Shown piece by piece: positions 13,846-27,211 of a DNA stretch of 64,000 nucleotides. The notes under the pieces were generated by a model. It was not told where the DNA came from, made no database searches, and saw nothing but the letters and a program-made list of their open reading frames with translations. The stretch spans positions 53,816,001-53,880,000 of the forward strand of contig OZ024740.1 of assembly GCA_964016885.1 (NCBI GenBank). The letters are read 5' to 3'. The stretch comes from Eledone cirrhosa. Lineage: Eukaryota. Each line of letters starts with the position of its first letter. Positions within the stretch are counted from its first letter, which is position 1. Made by a program: the position numbers and the translations under genes.

Positions 13846-15455
13846 GTGTCTGTGTATATGTATGTATGTGAGGGAGATCACTAGATTCTCGCAGGCTGCA
13901 CTCAGATGTAGGCTGCTGGCAGAACTAACGAGAAACTGGAAAATCTGTCGAAAATGGGTAACAATCTAAGAAAGAATAAAAAAAAAAACGTACGCTGAAC
14001 AAAAAGAAAAAAATCTAAGCTAGGCCACGAGGCAATATCTGTTCTTGATAGATATGCGGTGCTGTTGTAAGTGTACACACTTACAGCATATAAACAAATA
14101 CAAATTCAATATATTCATCACACACTTATCATCATCCAGACGTAAGTCCGAAAAATATAAATGTTCTCACATACATGCAAGCGTTTCTATGCAAACATAT
14201 ACACACTCAAGGAATTGGAAACATGCACAGACGTTAATATACATTAATAGAGAAGGAAAGAGAAATTGGCAAATTTAGAAGATTTACTATAAAAAGTAGT
14301 AAAGGAGAAGGATAGAATGTTAGTTGCAGACATTGCTAACGGCTGTTTAATGTAGCTTCCTGTCACAATAAGGCTCTTTATTTTTGTAGTAACATTCATA
14401 CAACGAAAAGATATCCAAGAGTGACTAGAGTTTGGTTCAGTGGTCAACGTTTCTACAATAGAAACATTACTGCCGTATTTCTGTAAATTGTTTATATTAT
14501 GGTGTCACTGAATGAAGAAATTGAAGGGAAGCCTTAATAAAGGTCAAGTAAAGTATTTCTGTTTTTTGTGTTAATTTTTTTATTGTTTATACAGTGACCG
14601 TTTTCTAGAGGAATGCAAAACAATCTAGTAATATTTAATGACAAGTTTTATGGTAGAAAGATGTATAAGAGAAATTCGAACAAACGCGTATTTCCGTCAG
14701 GGAGTAAAAAGCTAATGACCCCTCCTCTCTTACAAATAAGATTTTACAAATGTTGGGATTTCATCAGCTTTGGAAGATTCATTATGAAATGATATCATTT
14801 TTTACGAGTCTATATTTTTTATGAGCCAAAGACCGTTAACAAATTACATGTAGATCGAAGGAGAAGTAAATGTAAGAGTAATTAACAACTTAGAAATATA
14901 TGTACGACGATTTCTACACGTTAAATAGTATATAGTTAAATGTATACAGTCATATACAGTACTTTTAAAAGATGTACCAAATCATGTTTTTCTTGAACAA
15001 TAAATTTCTCCATTATGCAATTAAATGTAGCTTCGAGGTATGTTTCAAAGTATTTCACAATAGTATGATTTCTACAGCTTTTACTGACCGTGAATATAGA
15101 CGAAAAATCTTGTCAGACATTTGAAGACCATAAAAAACAAGCGAGGGGCAAATAAAATGAATTCCTGATTTTACCTAAAGATGAAGAAAAAATTCGTAAA
15201 CCTATACAATTACACATGCAAATATTTCATCAAAAAAATATAGCAAACCCATCAAATTGATAATACGTGTTTCCAAACAAAACTTAAGATATGAAATATT
15301 AAATATTAATAAAATAAAAAAAAATAATAATGAGAGCATAGTAGATTTTACATATCAAATAACCAAGCAAACACAGACACATACTCACATAAGCAACCAA
15401 GAAAACTCAAACACACACATACACCTATAAGTATATGAATACACACACACACACA

Positions 15456-15535
<80 letters not shown>

Positions 15536-15536
15536 G

Positions 15537-16874
15537 GCAAAATCCCTAAATCCCCATCAACTTAACAATCCAAAACAGAAAACCACACTCAAAACAGAAA
15601 ACCACACTCAACACCCTGTCATATGTATCCACTTTCAACCCCAGAAATACCGAAATGTTTGATCACCTACACAAAAACCTCCCCATCCTACTTAAAGATG
15701 TAAAAATGAAATCTATTCTTGAAACACACAAGATCCTTAAAAGTAAAAGACAACCCAAATCACTAAAACGCATTCTCACTGGACCAAATATACCCAAACC
15801 AATCCTCAACCCTACAGTTACCAAATGTGGTAGAACAAACTGTGGAAGGTGCCTCTACCTCACTGAAGGACAAAAATTTACATTTAAAGATTTACAATTA
15901 AACATTTACAGTAAAAAACAATTTCACCTGCAACTCGGAGAACTTGATTTACACAATAACTTGCGGTGGGTGCAAACACAACTACATAGGACAGACGGGC
16001 ACCTCATTACGCAAAAGAATGACCATCCACCGCCAACAAATCCGGGACGCTAACACAAGAAAAATCCCCTTGAGCAGCCATATTGCGAACTGCGCAGGAA
16101 TGACACTACCCAACTTTAAAATCTTCCCCTTCTACAAGTGCTCAGATTCGTTCACACAGCAACAAAGAATAAACAAAGAAAATCTATTCCTTAACAAATT
16201 TAAACCAAAACTAAACGGGTTATCATCCCAATAGAATTGTCATAAAATATAAACACACATACGCACGGAGTGACAGATATATATGTGTGTGTATGTGTGC
16301 ATGTATATAATTGTCACTACTGTTAAAGACCAGAGACCAATTCTGTAGAATCAGGTTTATTCTTTGACAGACCATGCCTTTGTGTGACCAACACATCCAT
16401 GTTAAACCCTGCACGTGCACACACATATATCTATATATATATATGCGCACACAGAATTCACCACTGTCGGTTGCGGGGCCCAATCTACATGAAGAACTCA
16501 ATGTGATCAGAATGACTTGTATTTTAATTTCACTGTTCTAACTTCTTATATTATGGAAAAAATATATGTGTATGTATGTATATATATATATATTTGGAGG
16601 CCATTTCTCTATGTGTGTGGGGGTATGTATGTGTATGTGTGTGTGTGTATGTGTGTGCATGTGGATGTATGTATGTGTGTGTGTGTGTATGTATGTGTGT
16701 ATCTGGATGTATGCGTATGTGTATATATATGTGTGTGTGTGTATATATATGTGTGTGTATGTGTATATATGTGTGTGTGTGTTTGTATGTATGTATGTAT
16801 ATATGTGTGTGTGTATGTATGTGTGTGTATATATATATATATATGTGTGTATGTACATATATATATATGTATGT

Positions 16875-16906
<32 letters not shown>

Positions 16907-17013
16907 GTGTATCTGGATGTATGTGTATGTATATATATGTGTGTGTGTATATATGTGTGTGTGTGTGTATGTGTGTGTATGTGTGTATGTATATGTATGT
17001 GTGTGTGTATGTA

Positions 17014-17068
<55 letters not shown>

Positions 17069-17606
17069 GTATATGTATGTGGATGTGGATGAGGGTATGT
17101 GTATATATGGGTGTAAGTGCACTAAATCCCTTTCTATCACTCTCCCCTCTCCTACCGACCACATGGAGATATATGTATGTATATTGCTTCCACCCCCTCA
17201 CTGACCAGCAGCTGGCCATCTTGCTATTGATAAATCTGACCTTGAAAAGAACCACTCCCCACAAATAATTCCTCATTCACTGCCAGAAAGGGACACACAG
17301 CAGTCAGCTTGCTGCTACCAAGATGAAAACTACTATGAAATCCCACACTGTATTTTATACTTGAATTTTCAAATCTCAAATTTTAACTCTTCTTATTATT
17401 AATTTTTCTTAATATTAATCAACATTTGAAAAGATGGCTTTTGCAGACCCATCGAAACCGGTCATTTTTTATACCCTTTATTCTTTCCTTACCTTATAAA
17501 ATTATATGTTTTTTCACAAAAAAGTATTCTGTCTCTTATATATTCCATGTGCCATTACCAACCTCAATTTTCTCTATAACCTTCGTTTTGTGTAGAAACT
17601 TACACT

Positions 17607-17610
<4 letters not shown>
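15537..17610 (+). mobile_element. 3' portion of a Penelope-like element (family B): GIY-YIG end, 3' region with microsatellite, terminal repeat with hammerhead
   Basis: KCGRTNCG.C and IYTITCGGCKHNYIGQT..SLRKRM..HRQQI (GIY-YIG with Zn knuckle, frameshifted near 15900); closely similar inverted copy at 32505-34340. Confidence 0.87.
17421..17468 (+). ncRNA. Type I minimal hammerhead motif with U3-A8 core (copies at about 32607-32652 minus and 34368-34413 plus)
   Basis: TTGAAAA-GATGG cttttgcagac CCATC-GAAA-CCGG-TC; G-C closed stem II, palindromic stem III (ACCGGT), GUC site; stem I is weak. Confidence 0.6.
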
Positions 17611-17675
<65 letters not shown>

Positions 17676-17799
17676 TTAGTAACTACTAGAACAAGTATGT
17701 ACTGGAGTCGACGGGATCGACTAAATCGAGGAGCGCCAATGATACCGAGATTGAAATTGGTAAAAGAATAGATATCTAACTAACCTACAATAATGGTTT

Positions 17800-19150
17800 C
17801 ATTTATTGCCCAGCAAATGTACTGGAGACGGGGGTGAGCAGCTCTATCTCTCTACCCTCACTTTCCTTTCCAAGTGTAACTTGAAAAGGTCGATAAGGGA
17901 TTGGCCAAACAGTAAAATCTCTCTCTTCAGTCCTTTCAACCTGGTCCACGACACAACCTCTTTCGCTACCGCCACCAGGCGGATCCGTTCTATACACGAC
18001 AACACCTGTTCGACATAACTCCATAAATCTGTAATTCACGGACACTGGATGTGTGCGTGCAGAAGGGTTTCGTCGCATCTCAAATACGTCCATCTGACAG
18101 CGCTTCCGTGCCTGTAGAGTTTATCTCGAATCGGCAGTGCCCTCCTGTTAGCATTGCCAAGCGAGGGATTTTGGGAAATTATCCATAGTGCCCGGCTCGA
18201 GAGTCCTATGGAACAGATTGCTCAATACGATTTCGTCGAAGGCCAGAGCCTCTCCGAGTGCCATCACACATGCCCATCACTAATCCTATATAGAACTGGA
18301 GAGTAGAAATTCCACTGACCGCGTTGCCCACCTGGTAGAGGATAGTGAGCACAGGAAACATTCATAATACCAGGCGCCCAGTCTCAGTTTCTTCTTGATT
18401 CAGGAGAGCAGCTGAGTCAAAGAGACGAGCTGTGGAAAGGCCTGCCCCAGAAACGGCGACCACACTTGTTCACCGTTTAGGCAGAATATCTGAAGATGCT
18501 GCAGCCTCAGCCCATATTTGCGCATAATTAGCCATGACATACCCAAGCCTAAAAAAGGGAGCTGGCAGCAGATGGACTACCTCACCAACGGAACCTGTCC
18601 TATCCACAAGAAGTTGAAGAGGAGCCGTTTCAATTTGGTGAAGTGCGAATAGGGGCAAGGCACGACGGTCAGATTGCATTCCCAGCTTCTATCAGCTTCT
18701 CGCACACCAAATAGCGTGCATCTAAAATGTCGTTCCAGTCCCTCACTATGGTATTACAAAAAGGCTTCCCGGTGCCTAAAGAAATCCTGCCGTCCAAAAC
18801 CCAGTCGGGGCGTATGCGACGACCAGTATGAAAGCCCCATTTTCCCTACTGCTTACATCCAAGAGCACAACTTACCGTCCAGGTCCAGGAAGATGGAACT
18901 TATTTCGAGATTCAGGCCTTTCCTAAACATCATTGCCACTCCACCTCCAAATGTCGGCCTTCGAAGAGATGGGAAGATCTGATATTCGTCCAAAACGGGG
19001 TATAGTGTGCGTGTGTCGGCATTCCTGGTCTCGCTGATGGAAGTCACATCTATATCTAATGCCTGAGGTCGTTTATCTTCTTGGATGATCCCAGGCCACG
19101 AACAGATGTGCGTCCTACTCTTAAGATGGCCATGTTAACAGGCTAAAAGA
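17800..19150 (-). pseudogene. Degenerate L1/Tx1-like APE endonuclease region
   Basis: Fragments such as DVTSISETR, GGGVAMMFRKG, LDLDGK, VAYAPT and a GYWK-like segment; many stops and frameshifts; GC-richer than the flanks. Confidence 0.6.
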
Positions 19151-19713
19151 GAGAGGAAAGATTTACTTACCGCACGGAAGCTTGTGGAGACCGGGTGGTT
19201 GCACCTCCATGGTTTGTGGGGTTTCATTTAGGAACCTCTTTAAAAGTCTTGAAGTGGGTTTCACACACGGGGTTCCCAATCCCGAGGAAAGCTCTACCTA
19301 ATCTCTGTTTACGCACCGAGCGACACCCCGTACCATTATTAGATCCTCCGGTACGCGAAATGTAACAGTGTCTGTGCCTGTAAGTGTGTCAGTTTCTCTG
19401 TGTGTGTTTGTATTTTGGAGAGGAGGGGTTGTTTGTGACTGTATATGAAGGCGCATGGCGTTACGATTAGATTTAGGATAATAAAGTGTTGAATTTGATT
19501 CCAGGTCCGGGCGTTGCCCAATCCATTCAGCTGGCAAAATAAAGGAGACAGATTTGTTACATATATTGTTGGGTTGAACACCCACAAAGACCTACATTGG
19601 ACTCATCTGTGGAATGCTCTGCCACATAAAGGCTTATTTAATAAGTAGGCAATTCCATTGATTGAATGAAATGGAGCACTCGTCTTCAGAAACAAAGCTG
19701 GTAGGTTTTATTC

Positions 19714-19789
<76 letters not shown>

Positions 19790-19792
<3 letters not shown>

Positions 19793-20475
19793 AATATAAA
19801 TTCAGCGAGAATCGTATTTCGGCGGGTAGAAATAAGCAAAAGTCAATTTCCGATTTGTGTGGCAAGCGCTCCATGGACCAAAAAAGACCAGAGCAATAAA
19901 CATATGTTTTAAAGGCGGCGGTTAAGAAGCTATCAACCACCTAAGCCCCCCCAAAAAAACGAAGCAAGCTAAACGGGTCAAACAAAATATGAAAGAAAAA
20001 TTTACCCGTATCCCTTGGAAATGATGGTATAATCCAGTACAGGGATTCTGAGACACCTAAATCAATAATACTGTCTGCTTAAAAAAATAAGCCTTTGGTA
20101 TAATGATCAAACAAGGATATCACTTACTCAACAGGTATTTTGTTCTGCGCCAGCGTTTTGAAAGCACATGTGTAATTATACAGGGTAGAAAACTCCAAAA
20201 TTTGGCAAATGAATTCAATATGTGTAATCGATGCAAAAATTGCAAAAACAACACAAATCAAATTAAGCTCTCGACCGAGTAGTTTTTAAAATAAACTTAA
20301 GCAATTAATCAGTCAATAGAATTATCTAAAAAAAAAAATTAACTGGTTAATTGTTAGACTCGGGAAATAATACAAATATAAATTCAGCGAGAATCGTATT
20401 ACGGTGGGTAGAAATAAGCAAAACTTAATTTTCGATTTGTGTGGCAAGCGCTCCATGGACCAAAAAATACCAGAC
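19790..20475. repeat. About 100-bp direct repeat pair (about 19790-19890 and 20370-20472), related to about 12270-12350 (inverted)
   Basis: tacaaatataaattcagcgagaatcgtatt..gtagaaataagcaaaa..gtggcaagcgctccatggaccaaaaa occurs twice about 580 bp apart. Confidence 0.7.
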
Positions 20476-20515
20476 ATTGTACTGCACTCTTTCTTATTGT
20501 TTTTGTTTTCTGTTT

Positions 20516-20564
<49 letters not shown>

Positions 20565-20652
20565 AAAAATTGAACGGGAACAAAACAGAGAGGCAGTACG
20601 AACAAAGGTTTATTAGTTTCACGTTCTTGAGAGTAGGGTGGTGGTGGGGAAC

Positions 20653-20680
20653 GACGTTTCGGGCATAAGCCCTTCTTCAG
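20653..20680 (-). ncRNA. Minimal PLE-type hammerhead motif
   Basis: Minus strand CTGAAGA-a-gggc ttat gccc-GAAA-CG-TC. Confidence 0.7.
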
Positions 20681-20742
20681 GTGAAAAGTGTGTGGGAAGA
20701 GAATATATATATATATACGCTTGAGAGTGAGGTTGGAGGGAC

Positions 20743-20770
20743 GACGTTTCGGGCATAAGCCTTTCATCAG
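20743..20770 (-). ncRNA. Minimal PLE-type hammerhead motif (second copy, 90 bp away)
   Basis: Minus strand CTGATGA-aa-ggc ttat gccc-GAAA-CG-TC. Confidence 0.68.
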
Positions 20771-22458
20771 GAGAAAAGTGGGAAAGAAAAGATTTTCGAG
20801 GGTGTGAGGGGGAGTGGTGGAAAGACATTAAAGGGAAGGAAACAAATTAAAAAAGAGGGTAAAAATATTAAAATTTAATATATATACAAGGGCAAAGTTC
20901 CTCTCTAAGGTACAATCTGGGCAAGGTTGTTTGTGGAAGCCCTCGCATACCAACCATCTACTTTCTCCCCAATATAAACCTAATTATCACGGACGTCCTA
21001 TCGTTTCCGCTTGTAACTGCCTTACCGAAATCAGCTTACAGTACATTGTGACCATCCTCGGCCCCTTAGTCGCTGACCTCCCCTCCTGCGTACACAACAT
21101 CGATCATGCCCTTACAATTTTCACCTTCTATCCCTTCTATTCTGGCCCTTCTTGTCTTCTCTTCATTCTGGACATCACCTCTCTCTACACCGTCATCGCA
21201 AAAGATGACGGCAACCGCGCTTTCTAACACTTTTTGGACCTACGCCCTACACCTTACCCTAGTATATCCACTCTTCTCCGTCAAGCTGAATTTGTTCTCA
21301 CCCTCAATGGGGTTTCCTTTTCTGAGGAGCTTTACCAGTAGGTTTCTAGGGAAGCCATGTGAAACAGAATTGGTCCGAACTAAGCCAACCTGTTTGTTGA
21401 CTACATCGAGTCCGAGATCTTCTCCCAGTACACTGGATCTACACCTGAGCTATGCAGTCGTTCCATCGACAACTCTTTCGGTGCCACCTCACTCTCCCGT
21501 GAACAGCTCGACTACTTTCGTTCCTTCGTCAGTCTTTTCATCCCGCTCTCACCTTTACCACCTCCGACTCAGATTCTTACGTCCACTTTCTCTACATGTC
21601 TCTCTCTCGATCACACATACCACACCTTGTCTACTTCCATCTACTTCAAACCCACAGGCTCCCACTCTGACCTCAACTTCACCTCCTCCCACACCATACA
21701 CACCAAACTCTCTATACCCTACTCTCAATTGCTCCGTCTTCGTCGGCTCTGCAGCTAGGTCTATGATTTAGAGATCCAGTTTCAACGCATGTCATCCAGC
21801 GTGGATATCCTCCGACCGTCATTCAAGCTGTCCTTATTCGTGCCTGTGATACTTCCCGCACCACTACCCCCTTACAACCGCCTTACTTTCCCACTCATCT
21901 ATCACTCGTCTCCCATACCACTACGTCGATGTATCCTTCATTGTTTCCGAACCCTTCTTTCTGACACACTTCTCGCTTCTTTCCTAACCTACCCATCACT
22001 GCCATTAAGAGCGCCCGTAATGACCTTGACCTTCTTACATTCAGTTCCTCATCCCCCTCCACCTGGCCCCTGTCTCTGTTCCCGCCCTTACTATAACACC
22101 TGCCCCAACATAACAAGCCACACTACTCTTACAGGTACAAACCATTCCTTTCTCATTCATTTCTCCTTCACTTGCAACTCCAACTACGTCGTGTAATCTC
22201 TGTGGCGTTCCCTTTCTGGGTCCATTTACATTACTAAATATCACACTTCTATTGTGAGTTACTCTCTCCCAATGAAACTAAATAATTTCTACAAATATAC
22301 ACATATACATGCACACGCATTATACAAACTCAGTCACACACGCACATGCACATGCGCGCGCACACACGCGCACACACACACGCACACATGCACACACACA
22401 CACACACACACACACGGGCACACACACACACACACACAACACACACACACACATATAC

Positions 22459-22548
<90 letters not shown>

Positions 22549-23115
22549 CTAGACATTGTTGCATATAAAGATAAATATATATTGAGATATGGATAAATAG
22601 ATAGCGTGATAGTAGAATAAATAGATACAGAAGGTGAGAGGGAGGACTGGGGGAGATATGGGGAGAAAGAAAGAGAGAGAGAGAGAGATTGATTAATGAG
22701 ATAGCTACATTGATGAATTATCATCTTTATAAAATATATTTAAGATTTAATCAAGCATTGCATTATTTTGGATTTAACCCGAGGGAATTTGAAACTCAAT
22801 ATAAACAACATTTATTCCCAGAAAAATTATTCAAATTGCATGATAAAATTGAAATTAAATAAATGTTCTTTTTCCTCAAAAGCAAATGATAAAATAATGA
22901 AAGACAAAATTAAAACAAACAACATTCATATCGTTACTGGGAAATCGTTTTAATATAATTCAATATTCAGGATATGTGTATAAAAAATAAATTCGAGCAC
23001 TTATGCACGATCTTATGTTTAGGATACAGCTTTGTAAAAAAATAGTCTGTTTTTTTATTCGGACCATCTTGAGCAAACTTTCAGATTTGACCAGCGTCAG
23101 CTAAGTAGAAACTCT

Positions 23116-23191
<76 letters not shown>

Positions 23192-23469
23192 AAACACCTG
23201 TTCAATGACTGAAATTTATATTCGAAAGTTAAAATGACAATTATATTTATTTCATTTACTTTTTCTTTACCTAATCTGAAGCATCACTCTAAAATTCCTC
23301 ACATTTCTTGGCCTGAAAAATTCTCTATAGTACATACCAAGTATATTCCATCTTCTTCGCATGCAGTTATTGGGACCGATGTCAAATATTTCTTGTCTTG
23401 TCATAACTCTACCTTTTATCGACATTACATGTAAAGATCATTACATGCGAAGAAGGCTCTCATTGTTAC

Positions 23470-23940
23470 GGTCAGTCAAGACGCGCCAGTCCAACTCTCC
23501 CACCCAAACAAAAGGATTTAAGTCACCAAGTTCTTGTATAGTCTGAGCTTCATTGGAAATCTGCTTCTTCTTTGCCGACCCTCGACTGTGACCTCAATGG
23601 TTTTGGACAAGCAGTTGTGGCGGGATATATGACCATACCAGCAAAGAATCTGTTTTTTCCCCAACGTAATGAATGGTTCCTATCTGTCAACGTATTTGTT
23701 AACTTGCTGTCGGACAAAGCTGCTTGTATTATACTCCGTATATAAGAGGTGTAACAACCTTCTGAAGCACTTGTGCTCGAATGACTGGATTCTTCGTTGC
23801 ATGTCAGACATAAGAGTCCAACTCTCCCACCGAAACAAAAGGATCGAAGTCCTCAAGTACTTGTATAGTCTGAGTTTTGTTGGAAATCTGATAGAGTTGC
23901 TTTTCCACATAATATTCAACTGTACCATACCAGAAGTGGA
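23470..23940 (-). pseudogene. 3' fragment of an RTE-clade LINE
   Basis: WKSNSIRFPTKLRLYK..SILL...ESWTL...RRIQSFEHKCFRRLL, followed by a WYGHI segment. Confidence 0.75.
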
Positions 23941-24317
23941 ATAATTATCATATGCTATAGTAGGAAAATAATAACGAACAGGGTTTTTTATCGGAGAAAA
24001 TTATATATACAGAGTGTCCCCAAAAATGTATACACACTTTCATTACCTGAATTATCTGCTGTTGAAGTGTGTATACATATTTGTATAAATGATTATATAT
24101 ATTGATATGTATATATATATATGAATGTATGTAGATAAATCTACCAAAATATACGGTAGTGTCCAATCCGTATGAAGAACTCAATATAATCCAAATATCA
24201 TGAAAAGAGAAGATGCATTCAAAAATTTTCGATGAAAATCATAGGAAAACGGAGTCAAGATAAATTAATAAAAACAATGAAATAAAAACAAAGAACAAGT
24301 TCTTTATATTAAAAGAT

Positions 24318-24453
24318 TCATCATTTTATGATCGTTTCTAGGATGTATATGTGTGTTGGTATGTATATCATATAGATCTATGTAAAAATATTACAAATTA
24401 TCAGAGGAAATATACATACCTTCACATATACATGCTGTCTTCAGAAATGATGA
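24318..24453 (-). ncRNA. Type I hammerhead motif with about 100-nt extended stem II
   Basis: Minus strand tcatcattt-CTGAAGA-cagcatgtatatgtg...cacatatacatccta-GAAA-cgatca-TA-aaatgatga; 9-bp stem I. Confidence 0.72.
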
Positions 24454-25158
24454 GATTTGTTTATTGAAAAAAAAACCAACAAAGATTTAATATAAAAGGT
24501 CTGTTTGGGAACAGGTTTTGAATTGACCAATAGAAAAGTAGTTAGAGGTCAAGTTGATAGAATAGTGGTAGTAGAAATGTAATTTAGGGGTAGAGGAGTG
24601 CAGACTTATGTTTTGAATGAAAAGAATACTTTGAATGAAAAGAATACTTTGGGGATGAAAAGAGGTCAAGCCAGTTAATGGTACATGTTAAGGGTACACA
24701 ATATGATGTTATTAAAGAATAATGTTAACACGAAGGAAAATAAAATTTTAGGGTAAGGGTATTAGTGAGAAATACCAATCTTACTTAAACCACACGGAAT
24801 CTAGATCTATAACAAGAAATTAAATTAATTGATAGGTATACTTATAGGGATAAATTTATATTAATTCATATGAATGTGATAAATAAGAATTAGATGTTAT
24901 TAAAGAGTGTTGTTAAAAACGAAGGAAAGTAAAAGTTTGTGAGAAATACCAATCTTATATAAACTACAAGGAATCTAGATTCACAACAGGACATTAAATT
25001 AATTTATAGGTATACTTTTAGGTATTAATTTTAGGAAAAGGGAGCTGTAAGAGGGAAATAAAATTATGAAGTTCTCTGTAGTAAAGTACTAATTATAGGT
25101 TAACTAAATAAAAAAAACTAATTCTAATAATATGTAAAATATAAGTGTAAGGTGTATA

Positions 25159-25761
25159 TTAATTAGGTTTATAATATTTGAAGGTTCTTCTAATTCTATG
25201 ATTGCAAGATATAATTAATTCTTGTCGCTTATTTAATAGGATATCCTTAGATTTCATGATTTCAAAAAGTTCCTGGAAGCATAACCTACACTCGTGTCTG
25301 TTATTTTGATAAGGGGTGGCCCTTTTGAGAACATTCCAGGTCAGGTTGTGATCGATATTCTTCTTTCTATAATTATTAATTGTTTCAGCCAAAGATGTTG
25401 TATTAGCTAATGTGGCATTTTTAAAACTATGTTTGTGGGTATTAAATCTTATTTTAAATTGATTAGACGTAGCTCCTATATATGAATAAGTGGAGTCCTT
25501 AGTGCTAATTTTACATTTATAGACTATGTTATTAATAAGACAATTTCCCTTTAATGGGCAATTTCTTTTGATTCTACAGTTACAACCATTCGTGAATATT
25601 ATATCAGGGGAGTTAGTCAAATTTGGTGTGGAATTTACTCGACTTGTTATAGGTGAAGGAGATGGTGTTTTGTTGCGGTTTATTTTAGTATTATTGTTGG
25701 TTTGATGTGTTGGTGGTATATTTGTGGGGTTTTTTTTTACATTTATATGCGTTGTATGCAC
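25159..25761 (-). pseudogene. GIY-YIG endonuclease domain of the Penelope-like element
   Basis: ORF with IVY...YIG, FK.R...H, C..C...E and LLN motifs; upstream parts are frameshifted. Confidence 0.88.
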
Positions 25762-26608
25762 TTATATTTTGCTGTATGTTTTTGGTAGTGGAGTAGGAAA
25801 ATTTGACAGTTGATCTATTTAAAATTTGATGGTATTTATGGTTTGGCGGGAAGTTTTTCTCTAGGATAGAAAACATTTTTTAGGGATATTATCTTTAATT
25901 TGTAGATTAAATGGAGCATTATACCAAGTAATCCGTCTATTACGGCGGTTTCGATATTCTTTTTTATATTTATACGAAGTATCAGGATGTTTACTAAGAG
26001 AGTTACTATAAGTGAATTTATTATACATAGGTTTAGTTAGATTCACTGATTTAGGTGTTTTAGTCTGATTACTAGGAATTTTGTTAGTAATGTTATTAAC
26101 ATATATTGGAGTATTAGGATGAATGGTTTTTTGAAAGTCATTATATTTTATGTGAGAAGAGGTAGAGAAATTAAATTTTAGGTTGGTATTTTGGGGTGTA
26201 GTATGAGTGGCATTTAGGTGTGGGTTTTTCATTTGGGGTTTGTTGGTAATATTGGGTTGTATGTTTGAAGTATTTTTGGTGCAAGGTATATAGACTAATT
26301 TGATTCTGTGGCCGCTTCTAGCTAAAGCTTCGTTATAAAAGGGCGCGTTTTTATCGAATACATCCTGGTTGTTGAAAGGTTAGAGATTCTGAGTGAGATA
26401 TTATATGCTAGGTTTTTAAGGATAGATCTAGTGTGATTGGATTGTGAGTATATGTAATGTAAGTTTTGGTTAGGTTTATGGTAAGGTTGGTAGATACCCG
26501 TAGATAGGTCTAAAGTTATATCAAGGAAATTGACTTTTCAATTCAAAACCTGTTCCCAAACAGACCTTTTATATTAAATCTTTGTTGGTCTTTTTCAATA
26601 AACAAATC

Positions 26609-26744
26609 TCATCATTTTTGAAGACAGCATGTATATGTGAATGTATGTATATTTCCTCTGATAATTTGTAATATTTTTACATAGATCTATATGATATACA
26701 TACCAACACACACATACATCCTAGAAACGATTGTAAAATGATGA
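26609..26744 (+). ncRNA. Inverted copy of the long-stem-II hammerhead (U3.G8 core)
   Basis: tcatcattt-TTGAAGA-cagcatgtat...atacatccta-GAAA-cgattg-TA-aaatgatga. Confidence 0.68.
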
Positions 26745-26929
26745 TTTTTTTTAGTATAAAGAACTTGTTCTTTGTTTTTATTTCATTGTTTTTATTAATT
26801 TATCTATGAATGTATATCTATATCAATGTATATATATCTAAACCATAATAAAGTAAGGTGTGCAGGACTGCGACCAGAATATAATTTTTTATCCCGTTTG
26901 TAAAATAAGTTGCATTACTTTCAATAAAT

Positions 26930-27119
26930 AATTGTTTCTACTTTAGGCACAAGGCCAGCAATTACCCAGTGCATTACTGGTACTTTATTTTATCGACCCC
27001 GTAAGGATGAAAGGCAAAGTCAACCTCGGAGGGATTTGAACCCAGATTGTAAAGGGACGTAACTATGCTGTAAAGCATGGCGTCCGACCCTCTACCGATA
27101 CTGCCAATCCACCGCCCTT
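26930..27119 (-). mobile_element. tRNA-derived SINE copy
   Basis: Reverse complement of the 8665-8855 family. Confidence 0.85.
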
Positions 27120-27211
27120 TACTTTCAATAAATAATGAATGAATATTATATAATGTATCTACTAAAATTCGTAACACATAATTAAACATATATTTCAATA
27201 CTTCAGGTATA

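Larger units (their letters stand above)
20560..22240 (+). mobile_element. Degenerate Penelope-like element (family C) RT region with inverted hammerhead-bearing terminal repeat upstream
   Basis: KPNYHGRPIVSACNC.TE, LDITSLYTVI, YFKPT.SH..L...SSH..HTKLSIPYSQLLRLRRLCS, C.RP..NTCP, FTCNS; multiple stops. Confidence 0.8.
24130..26805 (-). mobile_element. 5'-truncated Penelope-like element (family A-related) with inverted terminal repeat
   Basis: NFLDITLDL..YQPYHKPN, ITWYNAPFN, CNCR..CPLKGNC..NIVYKC..YIGATSNQFK.R, CRLC, CNH; 26538-26805 is the reverse complement of about 24258-24526. Confidence 0.9.

Noticed and set aside
16517-17276. Long ORFs of YI/CV/HT repeats (also near 5700-6280, 8260-8700, 11140-11585, 32818-33540, 56370-56830, 60393-61045)
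   Set aside because: Translations of (TA)n/(CA)n microsatellites, which lack stop codons.
19620-19695. Hammerhead starting at minus-strand CTGAAGA near 19689
   Set aside because: No correctly placed GAAA box or stems I and III.
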